64,000 nucleotides of DNA from Neophaeotheca triangularis (lineage: Eukaryota), in assembly GCA_054600435.1 (NCBI GenBank), contig BAAIJX010000023.1:248001-312000 (forward strand), written 5' to 3'. Both the position numbers and the translations under genes were made by a program. The notes beneath the pieces are model-generated. The model saw only the letters and a list, made by a program, of their open reading frames with translations, was not told the DNA's origin and made no database searches. Below, piece after piece: positions 58,552-64,000 of this stretch. The first letter of the stretch is position 1, and every line of letters begins with the position of its first letter.

Positions 58552-60456
58552 TCACGTCCTCACATCCTCTCCCCCACTTTCCCCCTTCAAATCCCCAGCC
58601 CATCCAAGAAACTCCCTTTCATCATCACAAAGCCGCGCATACTCCAACAACAACCTATAAGAAAAAACCATCATGTCCTCGCGTCTCAGTACCCTCTCCG
58701 CCCAAGCCTTACCATCCATCGCAATCCTCTCAGCCATCGCATCCCTCCCGCCTAACCCCTCCGCCTCATCACCAAGAAAATACTCCATAACGCCCCAAAA
58801 GTCCGCAAAAGTATTGTCCATGGGCACAAAATGCTTCCACGGCACCAGACGGCTGTCGTGCCACTCGTCGTAGATGGTGGCTTTGAGAGGTAGGGAAGTG
58901 GAACCGAGAAAGCCCCTGTAGCGGCCGGAAAAGCTGTTGCCGTCGATGTCTGGCAGGTACTTGTACGCGTATTGCTCTTTCATGGGCATGGCCGGGGCGA
59001 CGGCGTAGTAGGAGTCGGTGTAGGGGCAGTGGGTTTTGCCGCTGCCCGGGAAACAGAGGAGGTGCACGATGGCCGCGTCGGACCAGGAAGCTATCCAGGC
59101 GCCCAGACGGTTTGTGGCGAGGGAGACGAGGTTGTAGGGGTTGTGGGTGGGGAGGCGGAAGTTGGGAGGCGGGGAGGGTAGAGTTTGCGAGTCAGAGGTT
59201 TGGTTCTGGCGTTCGGCGAGAGAGACGGAAGTGCCGTTAGCCATGCTCACGAAGCGGTGGCGTTGGAAGCGCGTCCAGTTTTCTTCCCTGTTGCGGCCGC
59301 CGCTCGCCGCGCCTCGCCAGATGAGGCCGTCCTTTTTGCCCTCCCACTCCCCACCGTGTTCGTTTCCGCCGCTGTAGAAGGGATCCTTGGTCCAGTACAT
59401 AGCCGGCGGGAGAAGGATCTCATTATTCATAGGCAGCTTGCTCCCTCCAAAGAGCGGGAAGAACGTCTTCGTAGTCGAGATAGAGATCGGCTCAACAAAC
59501 GTCCCATGCAAACCCTGCAATTGCGGATTCTCACATGGCGACTTCGCCAACGTCCAATTCTGCACATAGCCCTCATAACTATGCTCGGGGAACCCCTCAG
59601 GCAGCGGCGGCGGGCTCGTAAACTCATTCTCAATATACGCCTTCCTGGCCGGACTCTCCGGCGGACACCCGACAACCGCCAAACCCCAATACGGCCCACG
59701 CCCCTCAAACCCGGGCTCAAACTTGGGCGGCGGCGTTTTCTCCAAACCGCGAAGACTCCTAAACCCCCTCTTCTTCAACTCCCCCACCGGCACCACCTTC
59801 CTCCCCTCCCTCTCCTTACGCATGTACCCATCAATCTCCTCCCAAGGCACCACAACCCGACTCTCATCCATCTCATTAATCGCCAAATCCACATCCGGCA
59901 CGGCGCCCTCGGTCCCCTCGACTACACTCTTGACCAAATCCTCCCACAAATCCAACCACGGCCTACTATCCACATCCGTGCGCTGCGTCACCACGCCATC
60001 GCGCACGGAAATGCGGTGGATGAAGTCGTTGGCCTGTTCGCGGATCTGTTGCGCCGGAACGCCCCAGAAGGGCGCCAGGTCATGGTAGATTTGGTCGAAG
60101 AAGCTTTCAATGATCAGGGCGGAACTATTCTGTGCGAAAGCGTGCCAGGCGTCGAAACCGGGGGGTGGGTGGCGGCCGCGGCGCTGGCGGTAGCTCTCAG
60201 CCGCGTCGTGGAGGGTGTGGGTTTCCTGCGCGAGGAGCTGGTCATACTCGGTGTTTGCGGTTGCGATGAGGTCGTCGATGGGGTGGTGGGTTGTTGGCGG
60301 TGGGAGTTTGGGTTTCGAGAGGATGTTGGGGGCGCGGATGCGGTGAGGCACGTAAAGCGTGGTTAGCATGAACCATGCTGAGATCGTGAGGATGCCGGCG
60401 ACGGCTACGAGGTAAAGGAGGCGCGAGTTCAGGGAGAGGGCTGGGATGAGAAGCAT
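58552..60456 (-). CDS. Glycosyltransferase family 90 (CAP10/Cxt1-like xylosyltransferase)
   Basis: TM anchor, HPID, YRQRRGRHPPPGFDAW, INEMDESR, WRGAASGG, YKYLPDIDGNSFSGR, PWKHFVP, YRLLLEYARL. Confidence 0.93.
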   Translation of the reverse strand: MLLIPALSLNSRLLYLVAVAGILTISAWFMLTTLYVPHRIRAPNILSKPKLPPPTTHHPIDDLIATANTEYDQLLAQETHTLHDAAESYRQRRGRHPPPGFDAWHAFAQNSSALIIESFFDQIYHDLAPFWGVPAQQIREQANDFIHRISVRDGVVTQRTDVDSRPWLDLWEDLVKSVVEGTEGAVPDVDLAINEMDESRVVVPWEEIDGYMRKEREGRKVVPVGELKKRGFRSLRGLEKTPPPKFEPGFEGRGPYWGLAVVGCPPESPARKAYIENEFTSPPPLPEGFPEHSYEGYVQNWTLAKSPCENPQLQGLHGTFVEPISISTTKTFFPLFGGSKLPMNNEILLPPAMYWTKDPFYSGGNEHGGEWEGKKDGLIWRGAASGGRNREENWTRFQRHRFVSMANGTSVSLAERQNQTSDSQTLPSPPPNFRLPTHNPYNLVSLATNRLGAWIASWSDAAIVHLLCFPGSGKTHCPYTDSYYAVAPAMPMKEQYAYKYLPDIDGNSFSGRYRGFLGSTSLPLKATIYDEWHDSRLVPWKHFVPMDNTFADFWGVMEYFLGDEAEGLGGRDAMAERIAMDGKAWAERVLRREDMMVFSYRLLLEYARLCDDEREFLGWAGDLKGESGGEDVRT

Positions 60457-60760
60457 CTTTTTGAGCTGTTGGGTTGTGTGGTGTTGAGGATTATCTGTTC
60501 ATTTTTGGGTGCGTTTATATCGCGACGACCGCCTGGATCGCTGCTAGATCGATCTGTGAAGTAATCGAGAGGTCTGTCGCGATGGTGTTGTTGTGCATGG
60601 CGAAGGAGTACTTAACTTAGCGTTAATACAATGCTGATTGAGCTGCGAGTCGAGACCCAGCTTGGTCGGTGTTTAGAGGCCGAAGCTCCGATGGTGAGAT
60701 AAAGGGGTCACAGATGATGGTTAGGTTGCCCAAGAGTCTAGTAATTTAGTAGTCTATCTT

Positions 60761-62518
60761 CTATCTGTATTTACAGTACTCTCTGAGCACTTGAATGAGC
60801 TTTCCCTTCGTCTGCGGCGTATCAAAGACTTGCGCATGATCGAAGTTATCAAACCAAAGCACCTCAAGCCCCCGACCCTTCCACTGCCTCTCCTTCCAGG
60901 CCTCCTTTCCATTCTCCCGCTTGCGCTCAGTACTATCACCGACACGACGCTTTCTCAGCCCATTCGCCTTATCCTCTTCCGATTTCTGGTGACCATTCCC
61001 ATTCCCATTCCGGTACTCATTCCCGCTCCCACTCCCACTTCCATCCTCATCTTTCTCCCCCCCAACCAAATACCTCCCCACAGCCCCACTATCAACAATC
61101 AAATCCCTACCAGCCAGACTGACCGTAACCCTCCCACCCCTACCTACAAACCGCTCCAGATCCTCCCTCCATAGACAATTCTCGCTCCAAAAAAAGTGCC
61201 TCCCAAGCGTCCACGCAACACCGAAATCTTTACTGGCGAAAAACCACAATTGCCATTCATTCGCAGTCGTCGGCGGACGGGCGGTGAAATTGTACGCAAC
61301 GTGTGGTAAGTGGAGAAGGATGGAAACCGGGTCGATGAGGAGGAGGCCGCTGAGGCGGGCGGCTAGAGGGGGGTGCGCGAGGATGTGTGTGCTGAGGATT
61401 GAGCCGTAGGAGTGCGAGGCTAGGATGAAGGAGTCGAAGGCTGGGGAGTGGGCGTCGAGGAGCTCGGTTAGTTGGGTGAGGAAGGCGGCACGACGCAGGA
61501 CGGGGGATGTGATGCGGGAGGAGATGGGGAGGATTTCCAAGGCCAGGATGCCCACTTGGCCGTCGTCGTCGTCGTCGTCTTCTGCGTCGTTGCTCAGGTG
61601 ATCCTGCGTCTTCTTGCTGCTCTTCCCATTCAGAGCCTTATCCAGCTCCCCAAAAAAATCAACGTGCGGATGCAACCCCACCCCAATCCCATGCAAGAAA
61701 AGCACCGGCGCCCTCCTCGTACTCGTATGCGGCCGATACCAATACCCAAACCCCTCAACCGCACTTTCCCCACCACCCCTGACCACCCCGGGCAGTAGCG
61801 TCCACATCCTCAAGGGCCAAACCCTCGGCACCCACCCGGCCCACCCCTCCCTCCTCTTCCTCCTCCAAAACCCAAAACCCACCCACCTCATCCTAACAGC
61901 GGTAACCACATCCAGCGCCCCCAGTATCCCCCACCAAAGCAAACACCTTCCCCCCCACACCCCCCCAACCAGCACCGGATCAATCGTCAGCCTCAATCCC
62001 TGGACCCCTCTCCCTCCCTCCCGAAACCTAAAACCCCTTCCCAACCTCGCTTCCACAACCCTCACGTACCCCTCCAGCTCCTCCTTCTCCTCCCGCCCAT
62101 CCCCAACCCTGCCCTCAAAAATCGCCCAAGCGATAAACTCCCCCACCCCTTCACGACTAACCTCATCCAAGCTCTCCGGAAACTTAAACCAACCCAGTAT
62201 ATACCCTTCCAAATCCTCAACCTCGGCCGTCACTTTGTTGAAAAGCTCTTGTCGTTGCTGTCGCGAGCGTAAGGGGGGGTGGGAGGCGGGTTTTTGGATT
62301 AGAGGGAGGTAGAGGGTGGTTAGGAGGAGTTGGTGGAGGGTCTCGAGGGAGGTGTAGATTTGGAAGCTGAGGGGGAGAGGCAGGCGGGGGAGGTGGGTGG
62401 GGAGGAGGTGGGTTAGGAGGGCGTAGGTCGTGGTTAGGATGCTGAGGATGGGGATTGCTTGGAAGGTGTGGATGACGAGGCGGATTTGGAGGAGTTGGGG
62501 GAGGGTTGGGTCGATCAT
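60761..62518 (-). CDS. Alpha/beta-hydrolase fold membrane-associated protein
   Basis: LFLHGIGVGL, SHSYGS nucleophile elbow, LIDPV, GRDLIV, FDHAQVF. Likely ATG 62518. Confidence 0.85.
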   Translation of the reverse strand: MIDPTLPQLLQIRLVIHTFQAIPILSILTTTYALLTHLLPTHLPRLPLPLSFQIYTSLETLHQLLLTTLYLPLIQKPASHPPLRSRQQRQELFNKVTAEVEDLEGYILGWFKFPESLDEVSREGVGEFIAWAIFEGRVGDGREEKEELEGYVRVVEARLGRGFRFREGGRGVQGLRLTIDPVLVGGVWGGRCLLWWGILGALDVVTAVRMRWVGFGFWRRKRREGWAGWVPRVWPLRMWTLLPGVVRGGGESAVEGFGYWYRPHTSTRRAPVLFLHGIGVGLHPHVDFFGELDKALNGKSSKKTQDHLSNDAEDDDDDDGQVGILALEILPISSRITSPVLRRAAFLTQLTELLDAHSPAFDSFILASHSYGSILSTHILAHPPLAARLSGLLLIDPVSILLHLPHVAYNFTARPPTTANEWQLWFFASKDFGVAWTLGRHFFWSENCLWREDLERFVGRGGRVTVSLAGRDLIVDSGAVGRYLVGGEKDEDGSGSGSGNEYRNGNGNGHQKSEEDKANGLRKRRVGDSTERKRENGKEAWKERQWKGRGLEVLWFDNFDHAQVFDTPQTKGKLIQVLREYCKYR

Positions 62519-63287
62519 TTGTTGTGGTGAGGGTGTTCGGTGGTTAGTGGTTGGCGGTTCGTTGTTTGGTGGTGGATAGACTGGTTGGTGGTCTTGCTCG
62601 TTGAGATGCAGTACAGGTTGTGAGTGTGCGTGAGTACTAACAGCGGGCTGCGGCAAGTAGTTTCTTTAACCCTCTTCTCGCATCAGGTCGTCACCATCAC
62701 TTTTATATAAACCCTGCAAAAGCGGCTGTCGACTCGGCCGTAAGAGTATCTATGGAATATGTCTGGATGTGGAACGTTGGTGGGAAAAGCAAGGAGAGTC
62801 GGGTCGTCTCTTTTCTTTCTCTCGTCCGTTAATCTTCACATGCACCTCCCAACTGCTATGTCATTGGTCCGTGTGAGGAGGTGTTTGGCGGGTACCTGCA
62901 TGTGAAGATATCACCGTCTTTTGTTAATGTCAAAATTTGGCTTGTCTTGCAATGGTTGGCTGGGTTTTCTAGTAGGCAGAAGCATGTTGGGTAGTAAGGA
63001 TACTAAAAGAGCAATGATGTTGTCTTGTGGGCCGTGAGAATGAGCTAGAGCTTGCCACTGAACTGGACGTTTGTAGTATCTCATTCGAACGGCGCTACTA
63101 AACCACTCCCGACTACCGCCTGCTTTACACAGATACCTGTGCGATGCCGATATACCTCCAAATCTAGACCTAGACCCATACATCATCCCCTCCGACTGGA
63201 ACGCCCGCAAACATGCCAAAAGGGTATCTCTTAAAAAGCACAAAACCACCACTCGCTCTATCCCGTCTCGCCCCGAGCCCTTCCCCT

Positions 63288-64000
63288 CTATCCCCCTCCC
63301 CCCACAACGCCAATCTCATACCCAAGCAATACTTCCGTCCCCACGCCTTCCCAACCCCGGTTTCCCGCCGCGGATAACATAAAATTACATGCTGGATCAA
63401 TATGCAGCGCGCTAATAACCCCACCCCGATGTCCGGGGACGATAGTGAAGGGGATGGTGGAGCGAGGGGCTTTGTTCGGTAAAGCGCTGGCGGTCAGGGG
63501 AGCGTTGAAATTGTTATTAGTGGGGAGCACGCTGTTATTGTGGAGGTCGTAGATGCGCAGAATGTCTTGGGAAGCACTGGATGGGCAAACATGTTAGTGG
63601 TGATTCCATTATGTTTTGTTCGGCATTAGTGGGAAGTAATCTCCCGTCCGTTGCGGCTGGAGGGACTAGAGAGAAAAATGGTTTCGCGAAACTCACCACA
63701 CTAAATGCCTCCCATTCGGCATCCCCCTAACAGCATAAACGGGCCCACTGCCCGCCTGAAACTTGAAAGTCCGATTCGGCTCCACTCCACCAAGCTTGCT
63801 CGCTTTTGTCCCGCTACTCCCCAATTTATGTATCGAGTACTCGTCGACGCCGCAGTTCCGCCTTCCAGCATAAAACCAATTGCCATCAGGACTCCAGCAA
63901 GCTCCAGTGCAGAAAGGTCCCGTGCCGGGGTGGACAGGGATTGTCGCGACTGGGTTGGGGATGCGGCGGTCCCAAAGGCGGAGGACGCCGTCGATGCTTG
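63288..64000 (-). CDS. SPT8: SAGA complex WD40 subunit Spt8, 3' part (5' end outside window)
   Basis: SIDGVLRLWDRR...ACWSPDGNWFYAGRRN...GSGPVYAVRGMPNGRHLVC, intron 63696-63577, then ASQDILRIYDL...PFTIVPGHRGGVIS...GNRGWEG...VLLGYEI. Confidence 0.93.

Noticed and set aside
1..64000. Starship captain (tyrosine recombinase), transposase/RT ORFs, tRNA or rRNA genes
   Set aside because: None recognised by eye; tRNAscan-SE, Infernal and HMM searches would be needed to exclude them.

Overview
Eukaryotic genomic DNA from a filamentous ascomycete, probably a Dothideomycete (inferred from protein families, short GT-AG introns with CTAAC/CTGAC branch sites, and RIP-like AT-rich patches). About 20 protein genes are supported. 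Housekeeping genes: Rgf3-like RhoGEF, SND2, MET1, SOD1, TAL1, ArgRS and the 3' part of SPT8. Metabolic and surface genes: a lactose/cellodextrin-type MFS transporter, GT25, GT90, a BVMO, an arylamine N-acetyltransferase, a 2OG-Fe(II) dioxygenase, an alpha/beta hydrolase, a secreted Cys-rich protein and a ~1670-aa repeat-rich GPI protein. The most unusual locus is a gene-poor island at ~13.4-17.2 kb bounded by TpA-rich degenerate DNA. It holds a convergent pair: a calcineurin-like metallophosphoesterase and an AbiEii/MenT-like (type IV TA toxin-like) nucleotidyltransferase whose only in-frame splice acceptor reads CGG instead of CAG. This is a candidate fungal writer/eraser or toxin-antidote module. 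Also notable are a MavL/DUF4804-like macrodomain (putative ADP-ribosylhydrolase) with a histone-H1-like basic tail, a recurrent C-rich-to-G-rich skew switch at gene 3' ends, and TCGA-enriched degenerate tracts. All family calls come from motif recognition by eye; no searches were run. No rRNA, tRNA or CRISPR array was recognised.
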